64,000 nucleotides of DNA, from IMG/VR virus record IMGVR_UViG_3300034062_006701; one strand, 5' to 3'. The translations under genes were made by a program, and so were the position numbers. The DNA comes from a virus. Taxonomy: Duplodnaviria; Caudoviricetes. The notes under the pieces are model-generated. The model ran no database searches. It had not been told where the DNA came from and was given only the letters and a program-made list of their open reading frames with translations. This document shows, in pieces, positions 53,780 to 63,065 of the stretch (its first letter is position 1; each line of letters opens with the position of its first letter).

Positions 53780-56164
53780 ATGGGTAATATCGCAGCAACT
53801 CTATCCTTAAATGTACCGGCAATTACCGCTCTATGTAAGGGAGCGAGAGGCGGGGTAATTCTTAAAGGTTCCGGGGCCCCTACTATTAGTGTTGGTCTGT
53901 CTGGAGATTATTATATAGATGTTTTAACAGCGAACATGTTCGGTCCGAAGGAGAATAATTGGTCAACACCGTTTTTAACCCTTAGTTACCCGGCTAGTAG
54001 TTCACCTTTTACTATTGTTAATAGTATTACATCTCTTATAGCGCCTATAAACGGTAATAATATTGTAAATGGCAGACTAGTGAATGTACTAGGTGGCGAG
54101 AATAATGTAGCGGATGGTATTAATTTAGGTGTACTCGGTGGTATTAATAATAATTTATCTGGTAATAATACGTTTATTATCGGATCGAATATTACCGCAA
54201 ATGTAAGTGGCTTCACGCTCGTCAACAACCTCTCTACACCGGGAAGTGTTTTCGTTCGCGGTGGTAATAGCAGTTTATGGAACACTGTTTATACAAATGT
54301 TAATGCAAATAGTGCAAACTGGGATAGTGGTGGTAGTGTAGCGACAGTTGTTCGAGCACAATCAGGAAATAACAACTCTGTCTTTTCTACAGTTTCTGCA
54401 AATAGCGCTAACTGGCAGAACACATGGACAGCCTTTAGCAATGCCTCAGGATCTTATGTAACAAACGTTAACAGTGTTACTGCTTTTGCGTATACATTAA
54501 CAGATTCTACATCTTCAATAAGACCGGTACGCGGGAGTAACATTGCATCAAGCTGTTATAGTAATGTACAGGGTGGTAGGTGTAATACTGCATCAGGATG
54601 TTATAGTAGTGTTCTTGGCGGCTTCTGTAATCAAGTTACAGGTAATTACGGTTCGGTGAATAACGGTGTTTGTAATACTGCTTCAGCTTACGGCTCAGTT
54701 GTTGTAGGTGGTACCTGTAATAGTGCCTTAAGTGCTTTTTCTAATGTAGCCGGTGGTCGTCTTAATGTAGCTTCAGGTTGTAATTCTATTATAGCTGGCG
54801 GTGCTTGTAATACAGTGTCCGGAAATTGTTCTACTATTGTTGGTGGTTTTAGTTCACGAGTTATATGTGGTGCAGATAGCTTTATTGGTGGCGGTACTTG
54901 TAATATAGTTAATGCCTCATTCGGTCGGACAGTAATTGCAGGTGGTTGTAGAAACGTCGCATGTGGATCAGCTAGTTTTATTGGCGGTGGTCGTTGTAAT
55001 ACAGCTTCTGGAAATTATTCTAATATAGTTGGAGGGCAGCAGAATTTAGCATCTGGAGCTAGCTCTAATGTAGCTGGGGGGTTTTGTAATATCGCTTGTA
55101 ATACTGGTTCGAATGTAGCTGGTGGTTCTTGTAATATCGCTTGTGGTGCTTGTTCGAATGTAGCTGGGGGGTTTTGTAATATCGCTTGTAATACTGGTTC
55201 GAATGTAGCTGGTGGTCGTTGTAATACAGCTTCTGGGACGTATTCAACTGTTGTTGGTGGGTGTTGTAATACAGCTTCTGGGACGTATTCTAATGTAGCT
55301 GGTGGTGCTAATAATATTGCTTCTGGATGTTATTCTAATGTAGCTGGTGGTGCTAATAATACTGCTTCTGGATCTTTTTCTAATATAGCTGGTGGTAATA
55401 ATAATACTGCTTGCGGTACTCATTCAGTTGTAGCAGGTGGTGCTTATAATTCTACTCCAGGGAATTGTTCCAATGTAGCTGGTGGGTGTTGTAATATAGC
55501 TTGTGGATCTTTTTCTAATATAGCTGGTGGTAATAATAACACTGCTTCTGGTGGTTATTCTAATATAGCTGGTGGCTCATGTAATAGGGCCTGTGGAAAT
55601 TGTTCCAGTGTAGCTGGTGGTAATAATAATACTGCTTCTGGATCTTTTTCTAATATAGCTGGTGGTAATAATAATACTGCTTCCGGGAATTATTCCTTCA
55701 TCGCAGGAGGGGCTACCAACGACACGAAGGGATTTGCTAATACATTTATTCTTGGTACAGGCTTATCAGCAACCCAAACCGATACTGTTTATACTCAAAA
55801 CATTATTAATACAGGTAATATTTTCTACACAACAAGCACGGAAGGTGTTTCAACACGACAGGTAACAGGAACTGCTTTAAACATTAATCTATCCATTGCT
55901 AGTTCCTTTATACTGGCAATGAGAAGCAATATTACTAGTTTAGTGTTTTCTAATCCCCCAGCGATCAATAGAGCATATACATTTACGTTACAAACGAGCG
56001 GTGACGGTACAGTAAGAGCTGTAACATGGCCGGCATCCGTTAGATGGCAGGACGGTTCACCTCCAGTTATTACCGGTACTCTAAATAAAGTTGATACTTA
56101 TGTGTTTATGTCTTATAATGGAGGCATTGACTATTTCGGGTACATAAGTGGTCAAAACGCTTAA
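53780..56164 (+). CDS. Tail fibre-like GG-repeat protein
   Basis: SNVAGG repeats, FANTFILG cassette, C-terminal TGTLNKVDTYVF...YFG domain. Confidence 0.75.
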   Translation: MGNIAATLSLNVPAITALCKGARGGVILKGSGAPTISVGLSGDYYIDVLTANMFGPKENNWSTPFLTLSYPASSSPFTIVNSITSLIAPINGNNIVNGRLVNVLGGENNVADGINLGVLGGINNNLSGNNTFIIGSNITANVSGFTLVNNLSTPGSVFVRGGNSSLWNTVYTNVNANSANWDSGGSVATVVRAQSGNNNSVFSTVSANSANWQNTWTAFSNASGSYVTNVNSVTAFAYTLTDSTSSIRPVRGSNIASSCYSNVQGGRCNTASGCYSSVLGGFCNQVTGNYGSVNNGVCNTASAYGSVVVGGTCNSALSAFSNVAGGRLNVASGCNSIIAGGACNTVSGNCSTIVGGFSSRVICGADSFIGGGTCNIVNASFGRTVIAGGCRNVACGSASFIGGGRCNTASGNYSNIVGGQQNLASGASSNVAGGFCNIACNTGSNVAGGSCNIACGACSNVAGGFCNIACNTGSNVAGGRCNTASGTYSTVVGGCCNTASGTYSNVAGGANNIASGCYSNVAGGANNTASGSFSNIAGGNNNTACGTHSVVAGGAYNSTPGNCSNVAGGCCNIACGSFSNIAGGNNNTASGGYSNIAGGSCNRACGNCSSVAGGNNNTASGSFSNIAGGNNNTASGNYSFIAGGATNDTKGFANTFILGTGLSATQTDTVYTQNIINTGNIFYTTSTEGVSTRQVTGTALNINLSIASSFILAMRSNITSLVFSNPPAINRAYTFTLQTSGDGTVRAVTWPASVRWQDGSPPVITGTLNKVDTYVFMSYNGGIDYFGYISGQNA

Positions 56165-56168
56165 TTAT

Positions 56169-56648
56169 ATGAAATTATATTGTCTTGTTGAGAACGGTAT
56201 TGTGGTGGACAGCGTAACGGAGTTACCCATGACATTTGCAAATGTGTCTAATTTTAATGTATTAGATGATAGTGAGTTAAAAACACATGGCTGGCTACCG
56301 TGCTACATTCTTTCAGAAAATAAGGATATTGTTGTATCAGTAGAATATGAAATCTATGATGAGTATGTCAATAAAATTATTATTACCCGTGATAAAACAG
56401 ATAATGAATGCAATCAAAAGCGATCTGACAAAGATATATTAAATGATATTCGTGCAAAAAGAGACGCACTCCTTTCTGAAAGCGATAAAGCTATAGTCAG
56501 TGATCTGTGGTCAGATATGGACGAGCATACACGTGAGAGCTGGAAAAAATATAGACAGTCATTACGTGATATACCTCAATTATATACGTCTACCCATGAT
56601 GTAGACTGGCCGATCTCACCTCTACTTCAAAAAGTAATAGATGTATGA
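56169..56648 (+). CDS. Tail fibre assembly chaperone-like protein
   Basis: IRAKRDALLSESD...W..YRQSLRDIPQ...WP; start reassigned to ATG 56169. Confidence 0.8.
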   Translation: MKLYCLVENGIVVDSVTELPMTFANVSNFNVLDDSELKTHGWLPCYILSENKDIVVSVEYEIYDEYVNKIIITRDKTDNECNQKRSDKDILNDIRAKRDALLSESDKAIVSDLWSDMDEHTRESWKKYRQSLRDIPQLYTSTHDVDWPISPLLQKVIDV

Positions 56649-59600
56649 GTATTATCGGCAAAAAGCTAATTATGTCTTCAGGGCAAAACGCATCAGGTCT
56701 TCTGTACGTCTGGGGCAATAACGCAGCTGGTTTATTAGGTGTAGGTACACCAGGAAATATACCAGGTAAGATTGACAGCCAAAGTTGGAAATCAATAGCA
56801 CTCGGTGACGAACATGCAGCTGCTATACGATCTGATGGAGCCTTGTTTACATGGGGATGCAATGGAGACGGTCAGCTAGGGTTAGGTGATTTAATTGATA
56901 GGCCCACTCCTACCCGTGTAGGAACTAGTTCTTGGACTGTAGTGGATGCAGGTGCATCTCATAGTGTGGCTATAGCTGCTGATGGTGGATTATTTGAGTG
57001 GGGTTGGCGCCATGGAAATAACTGTCGAGCCCTAGCACCTACGCGATTGAATACAAACTCATGGTCAGCCATTGCTGCAGGATGTGTTCATAGCCTTGCA
57101 GTGCGGATTGATGGTAAATTATTTGCTTGGGGATATAATAATGACGGTCAACTCGGTACCGGGAATACCGACTATAGCAGTTGCCCTATTCAAATCGGAG
57201 CAGAAAACTGGCAATGTGTTGCAGCGAGTGGCAGGACGAGTGGTGGCATTCGCGGGGATCAGCGAATATTCATGTGGGGAAACGCGTCATACGGTCAATT
57301 AGGCAATAATACTATATCCCTTAATCCTGGTAGATCTGAAGATTGCGGTGTTTGTTCACCTGTGCAGGTAGGTAGTGATCAATGGTCGCATTTAGCTATC
57401 GGTGGCGATTTTGCTGTGGCAGGTATTCGCACAGACAATATACTTTACACCTGGGGTTATAACAGACAAGGACAACTTGGTATACCAGGTAATATAAATA
57501 CAGCAGTAAACACCACATTTCTGTCAGCCGGCCCCTACGGTGGTACATGGAAAAAAATTGCTCTTTCAAAAGGAGTAGGTCAGGGACATGGAGCTGCACT
57601 TCGTTCCGATGGTGTGTTATTTATGTGGGGACGAAATGATTTCGGTCAAACAGGGGCTCTACCTAATGTACCGATAGCGTGTCAATCTCTCTTCATTAAT
57701 AGACCTAAACAGATATGTGCTACTGTTGGTGGTACAGTAAGTAGATGGTGTGATGTCTCTCTCGGTGCTTACCATACTATCGCTCTACCATCTCCTCCGA
57801 CTCATATCAGGTCATGGGGTAGAAACAATTACGGTCAATTAGGTCGCTCAACTACAGGTACAGCGGATCCAAGACCTAACTTCGTTAGCACACCAGCAGG
57901 TTTAAGTTGGGCTAGTGTTTCTGCGGGTACAAATCATAATCTTGCTCTGACTGACTTTGTAGGTTTATCTCCACGGTCAATATTTGCCTGGGGTGATAAC
58001 CGCTATGGTCAGTTAGGTGACTGTACAACAATTGCCAGATCTTGTGCTGTACCTGTTTGTGGTGCTACCGGTTTAACAGGATGTGGACGGAGTATTGCAG
58101 CTGGTGCTAACCATTCGCTGGCCCAAAGCCCTAGCTGTACGTTTTCATGGGGTAAAAACACACATGGTCAGCTAGGTCGAACCACGTTTATTGACCGTGC
58201 ATGTGTACCTGGATGTGTTACTGGCGGAGCCAATATTAACGCTGGTTTAATTGTTGCAGGGGGTGATCATAATCTCATGACCAGATTAGGTTGTTTGTTT
58301 ACATGGGGTAGAAATAATTTTGGTCAGCTTGGAAACGGAAATACCAACAATGTATCAGCCCCTACACAGATAGATACCGCTCTTGGTAGCTGGACGTTTA
58401 TCGGTACAGGTTTTTATAATTCTTTTGCATCAAAGGGTGCCACACTCAGTGGATGGGGGAAAAACGATTGTGGACAGCTAGGCGACGGTACAACCGTAAC
58501 GCGCTGTGTACCAACAACACTGACAGGTAGGTGCGCAATTAACAATCAGCAGTTTGGTAACGACTCTCAGAATCAGACGTTTCAAGGCAGTAATTACGGT
58601 GTTTTAGCTGTTCCCTTGCAAAATAACAGAGTTATTAACTCATGGGGTGGTAGTGTGTCGGAATTACGGTATATACAGCCTATGCCAGTGCAAGTAAATG
58701 CATCTTCGTGGACGTGTGTCAAAGCAACAAGTCAAAATATGATTGCAATTCGTAACGACGGAAACGTATTTACATGGGGTGATAACTGTAGCGGACAACT
58801 TGGTAACGGTACATTTGCACCACAGCCGCAGTCGGTATCATCTCCTGTTCAAATTGGCAATATTGGTGCGGGTTGTGCAATTGATATAGGCTGTGACCGG
58901 GTAGGTGCGATTAATACACAGTCATCACTATATACATGGGGACGTAACACAGATAGTTTACTCCTCGGGAGACAGACGTGTGCCCTTACACCTATTAAAC
59001 TAGATAACCAAAAATGGAAGGAAGTAAGTGTATCTCCTTTAAAGAGACAGGGGACATATAGGGTTACCCAGAATTACAGTCGTAAAACGTATAACATGTA
59101 TTATGCAGGCCATACCGTAGCTATAAGAAAAGACGGGGCGCTTTTTGCATGGGGATTTAATAGCTTTGGTCAACTCGGCGATAGTACATTTGTAAAACGT
59201 AATACCCCTGTACGTGTTACAAATCAGTCATGGACTGCAATTAGTGCTGGGACGTATCATACACTCGGTATTAGAGCAGACGGTGCGCTTTTTGCATGGG
59301 GGAGAAACAGTAGCGGACAAATCGGTGACCTATCTACCGTAGATAGATGTTCCCCTGTTCAAATTGGAACTCAGTCGTGGGTAAACGTAAAGAGCGGTAA
59401 AACCCACTCATTAGCTATACGGGCTGACGGTATACTCTTCGCATGGGGATCAAATCAATACGGTCAGCTCGGTAACGGAAGTACTATCTCTACATCCTCA
59501 CCTGTGCAAATTGGCACATGTTTATGGTCTTCTATTGAATCTGGCTTTAATTCATCTTTCGGAATAACAACAAACAACTCGCTATTTGGGTGGGGGTATA

Positions 59601-59920
59601 ACCGTAATGGGCCTATATGTAACACGAATTGCACTTGTTTTTCAACTCCCTCTCAGATAGCAGGTGCATGGAAATGTGTTGCTGTAGGATCTGCAGGGAC
59701 GATCTCAAGATTTGCAAGTATTAGTGCTACTGTTGATACCTGTATCGCAGTTGCGCGTGGATCTGGATATCGCTTTTGCGATTTATATGACCCTGTTCAG
59801 GCTATGATTACATCAGCCAATAAACTTTGTTTACAGGCGAATATGGATGCTGGGAGTTGCTCCTGGTCGTGGTCAAAAATCAGTATAGGCGGTGATACAA
59901 TAGCAGGTATAAGGTATTGA
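56645..59920 (+). CDS. RCC1/BLIP-II beta-propeller repeat protein
   Basis: Many LFAWGxNxxGQLG repeats. Confidence 0.92.
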   Translation: MSIIGKKLIMSSGQNASGLLYVWGNNAAGLLGVGTPGNIPGKIDSQSWKSIALGDEHAAAIRSDGALFTWGCNGDGQLGLGDLIDRPTPTRVGTSSWTVVDAGASHSVAIAADGGLFEWGWRHGNNCRALAPTRLNTNSWSAIAAGCVHSLAVRIDGKLFAWGYNNDGQLGTGNTDYSSCPIQIGAENWQCVAASGRTSGGIRGDQRIFMWGNASYGQLGNNTISLNPGRSEDCGVCSPVQVGSDQWSHLAIGGDFAVAGIRTDNILYTWGYNRQGQLGIPGNINTAVNTTFLSAGPYGGTWKKIALSKGVGQGHGAALRSDGVLFMWGRNDFGQTGALPNVPIACQSLFINRPKQICATVGGTVSRWCDVSLGAYHTIALPSPPTHIRSWGRNNYGQLGRSTTGTADPRPNFVSTPAGLSWASVSAGTNHNLALTDFVGLSPRSIFAWGDNRYGQLGDCTTIARSCAVPVCGATGLTGCGRSIAAGANHSLAQSPSCTFSWGKNTHGQLGRTTFIDRACVPGCVTGGANINAGLIVAGGDHNLMTRLGCLFTWGRNNFGQLGNGNTNNVSAPTQIDTALGSWTFIGTGFYNSFASKGATLSGWGKNDCGQLGDGTTVTRCVPTTLTGRCAINNQQFGNDSQNQTFQGSNYGVLAVPLQNNRVINSWGGSVSELRYIQPMPVQVNASSWTCVKATSQNMIAIRNDGNVFTWGDNCSGQLGNGTFAPQPQSVSSPVQIGNIGAGCAIDIGCDRVGAINTQSSLYTWGRNTDSLLLGRQTCALTPIKLDNQKWKEVSVSPLKRQGTYRVTQNYSRKTYNMYYAGHTVAIRKDGALFAWGFNSFGQLGDSTFVKRNTPVRVTNQSWTAISAGTYHTLGIRADGALFAWGRNSSGQIGDLSTVDRCSPVQIGTQSWVNVKSGKTHSLAIRADGILFAWGSNQYGQLGNGSTISTSSPVQIGTCLWSSIESGFNSSFGITTNNSLFGWGYNRNGPICNTNCTCFSTPSQIAGAWKCVAVGSAGTISRFASISATVDTCIAVARGSGYRFCDLYDPVQAMITSANKLCLQANMDAGSCSWSWSKISIGGDTIAGIRY

Positions 59921-59955
59921 TTTTTTTGTAGTGTTGTATATTTATAATAGATATA

Positions 59956-60993
59956 ATGCACTTAATAGATCAGCAGCTTAATATGATGTTGCGCGGTAGA
60001 TTTGATGATGGGTGGTCGATAAGTGAGAAACTTGAAGAAACAGAACCATCAAATCTACGACATATGTTTAATCGTGGATGGCTCTTAATATATAAAGGCT
60101 TCTTTCAAGAGGGTTATAAATGTCTTGAAGCAGGTAGACTTTTAAATGTATATGGAAACAACCGTATTCCGACGGAACAGCCTATTTGGAATCACGAAGA
60201 TCTCCACGGTAAGACCGTGTTATTGAACATGGAAGGTGGTCTCGGTGATCAAATCATATATATTCGTTTTGTAAAAGATATAAAGAGGCTCGGTGCTAGA
60301 TGTATTGTGTGCTGCTCCTCGTCATTAATACCTCTCTTCTCCTCAATAGAGGGGATAGATGAAATCATCGACTATACCGATATACCTTTAATTAATTTTG
60401 ATTTTTGGATACCGTCGTTTAGTTGTTCGTGGCTCTTTGGATACTCTCATCACGATTTACCTAACGATCCATATATAAAACCCATGGATATCAATACAGC
60501 TGTATGGAGCCAAGCTGTGATAAGTGACAAAATAAAGGTAGGAATAAGATGGAGTGGTAGTACTCAATTTGAACATCAGCAATTTAGAATCTTTCCGCCG
60601 GAGAAACTAATTAATTTATACCACAATACACAACTACAGCTATACAGTTTTCAGCGTGATAATGATGTTATAGAACTCCCTGATAAAATATTTGATTTAC
60701 AATATCTTTTAATTTCATGGATAGATACTGCAGCAGCTATAGCAAATATGGATTTAGTAATAACCTCATGTACAAGCGTAGCACACTTAGCATCAGCAAT
60801 GGGAAAACCGACATGGGTTATTGTTCCAATCTTACCGTATCATATTTGGGCGTATGAAGGCGAATACACACCGTGGTACAAAAAAACCACACGAATCTTC
60901 CGTCAGACCGTATTTGGTGAATGGGATGATGTATTTGAAAAAATACAACACGAATTAACACGAGTAATAAAAGGCGAAGTGAGCTTGATTTAG
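59956..60993 (+). CDS. Glycosyltransferase GT9-like (TPR-associated type)
   Basis: MEGGLGDQI, DLVITSCTSVAHLASAMGKPTW, PWY. Confidence 0.8.
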   Translation: MHLIDQQLNMMLRGRFDDGWSISEKLEETEPSNLRHMFNRGWLLIYKGFFQEGYKCLEAGRLLNVYGNNRIPTEQPIWNHEDLHGKTVLLNMEGGLGDQIIYIRFVKDIKRLGARCIVCCSSSLIPLFSSIEGIDEIIDYTDIPLINFDFWIPSFSCSWLFGYSHHDLPNDPYIKPMDINTAVWSQAVISDKIKVGIRWSGSTQFEHQQFRIFPPEKLINLYHNTQLQLYSFQRDNDVIELPDKIFDLQYLLISWIDTAAAIANMDLVITSCTSVAHLASAMGKPTWVIVPILPYHIWAYEGEYTPWYKKTTRIFRQTVFGEWDDVFEKIQHELTRVIKGEVSLI

Positions 60994-61015
60994 AGATATA
61001 TTTCATATATAATTA

Positions 61016-61807
61016 TTGTTAATGAAAACAATACATTTTGTCGCCGGCCTACCACGTAGTGGTTCAACGATGATGATGAATATTTTAAAACAAAATCCGC
61101 ATGTCGGTGCGGCACCGGTGAGCTCATTATGTACAGTTATAAACGCAGTTAACATTAACTGGGAGAGTGTGGAGGCGAATAGAGAGTACCCTAATGATAC
61201 TGCTAAGATAGACACACTTACGTCAATTTTGCAAGGATACCATAAATCTTCGAAAAAAGATATTATCTTTGATAAAGATAGATTGTGGGTAACGAAGATT
61301 GGTTTGATAGAAAATATTATTCAAGCTAAAATAAAGATTTTATGTCCTGTTCGTAACCCTGCAGAAATTATAACGTCATTTGAAAGAATTCGAAGAAATA
61401 ATCCACTACGGATTATAGGAGGCGATAGCGGTATTTCAAATGTATCAACTCGGGCTCTATATTACTCTGCTCCTGACGGTGTACTCGGTTTGTCGCATGC
61501 AGCTCATAAGGATGCTGTTATAGAAGGGTATCTAGATAGACTTTTATTTGTAGATTACAATAAATTTTGTAATACCCCTAAGTCTCAGTTAAAGCGTATT
61601 TATGAGTTTTTTGAGTTACCTAAATTTGAGCATAATATGGAAAGTATTGTTCAAAATGAACAGTATAATGATCACGCAACCGGTCATCCAGGGTTACATA
61701 AAATTAAAAATAGACTAGAACGCACTACTGTTAACTGTGTTCAGTTTTTAGGACTTGAGTTATATGAACAATACAATAGAGAAATCTTCTGGGATGCCTG
61801 GGTATAA
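61016..61807 (+). CDS. Sulfotransferase family protein
   Basis: AGLPRSGST, VRNP.EIITSF. Confidence 0.85.
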   Translation: MLMKTIHFVAGLPRSGSTMMMNILKQNPHVGAAPVSSLCTVINAVNINWESVEANREYPNDTAKIDTLTSILQGYHKSSKKDIIFDKDRLWVTKIGLIENIIQAKIKILCPVRNPAEIITSFERIRRNNPLRIIGGDSGISNVSTRALYYSAPDGVLGLSHAAHKDAVIEGYLDRLLFVDYNKFCNTPKSQLKRIYEFFELPKFEHNMESIVQNEQYNDHATGHPGLHKIKNRLERTTVNCVQFLGLELYEQYNREIFWDAWV

Positions 61808-63017
61808 AGATGAGCCAATAGATGTTTATTTTGATGTAATAGCTAAGTCGCTATATCAAAATAAAAGATTTGGTGATGCTGCTGCAATACTGGATATTGC
61901 AAGTAAATATGTGCAACCTAGCAATGTTTATTCTGTGCTAACAAGTGCAAGAGAATGCTATTTTCTAAGCGGTGACGTTGTTACTGCATATAATATTTTA
62001 TTGTATCAAGAACAGTTCATACCGTCTAATAACACAAACAATGTTTACGATAAAATTATATATCTCCGTTATCTCGGTAAATATGAAGAGTGTGAACATG
62101 TCATTAAAACACAAGCATCGGGTGAGATAAAGTATCGTGCTCTCGGGTGGTTTTCACATAAAAAAGGTGATTTCAAAGAAGCTTTTCTGTTGACAGAAAA
62201 AGGAAGAAATGGTAAGTATCGATTTAATTCGAATGTAAAAAACCCTTACCCTATCTGGGATGGTAAGACAATATGTGATAATATTGTAGTTTTTGCAGAA
62301 ACAGGATGTGGCAATGAAATTATCTTTTCACGTTGGTTAAAAGATCTACAGCCGTATTGTACGAATATATATTATTGTACAGCAACTTCACTCTCAATGG
62401 TTTTTGAGCGTGTCTTTGGTGTAAAATCATATACAAGCAACACCACGCTACCTGGTGATACACGGTTTATACCGATGATGAGCTTACCCTATCTTCTCGA
62501 TAAGGATAATATTGAAAATCGCACCTATTTAACATCCAATAATGAACATATTTCTCAGTATCTACCGAAATCCCGACCAAGAATAGGCATACAGTTAACA
62601 GGTGATTTAAATTACACAGAGAACAATCATAGAACAATACCTGAAAGTATTTTTATTGATACGTTTAAATTATTCGGTGAACTTGTTAATATAGGATCTA
62701 ATTACATGGAGGAGCGAAAAGATGTGACGTATTATATGAATGACACCTGGGAAGAAACCCTTGCATTAATTGATACATGTGATGTTATTGTTACATGTTG
62801 TACAAGTATAGCACACGCAGCTGGTGCATTAGGTAAGAAAACCGTGGTATTATGTAACATGGCAGATTATTTTACATGGTGCTCGACACCACATTTAGGA
62901 ATGTCGCCTTGGTATGAGAATGTTTGGTGTGTTAGACAGCAGCAGCCTGGTAATTGGAGCGATGCTATAGATCAAGCTGCCACTATTGTCAGTGATATTA
63001 TCGCTACTAATAGTTAG
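61755..63017 (+). CDS. TPR-like + GT9-like glycosyltransferase
   Basis: ETGCGNEI, DVIVTCCTSIAHAAGALGKKT, PWY. Confidence 0.75.
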   Translation: MSYMNNTIEKSSGMPGYKDEPIDVYFDVIAKSLYQNKRFGDAAAILDIASKYVQPSNVYSVLTSARECYFLSGDVVTAYNILLYQEQFIPSNNTNNVYDKIIYLRYLGKYEECEHVIKTQASGEIKYRALGWFSHKKGDFKEAFLLTEKGRNGKYRFNSNVKNPYPIWDGKTICDNIVVFAETGCGNEIIFSRWLKDLQPYCTNIYYCTATSLSMVFERVFGVKSYTSNTTLPGDTRFIPMMSLPYLLDKDNIENRTYLTSNNEHISQYLPKSRPRIGIQLTGDLNYTENNHRTIPESIFIDTFKLFGELVNIGSNYMEERKDVTYYMNDTWEETLALIDTCDVIVTCCTSIAHAAGALGKKTVVLCNMADYFTWCSTPHLGMSPWYENVWCVRQQQPGNWSDAIDQAATIVSDIIATNS

Positions 63018-63065
63018 GTATAAAAAGCACTGGTCATATGTTATCTAGTTAATTAAGTATAGATA

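Noticed and set aside
43550-59920. Diversity-generating retroelement acting on the fibres
   Set aside because: No reverse transcriptase and no adenine-specific TR/VR pair seen in this window
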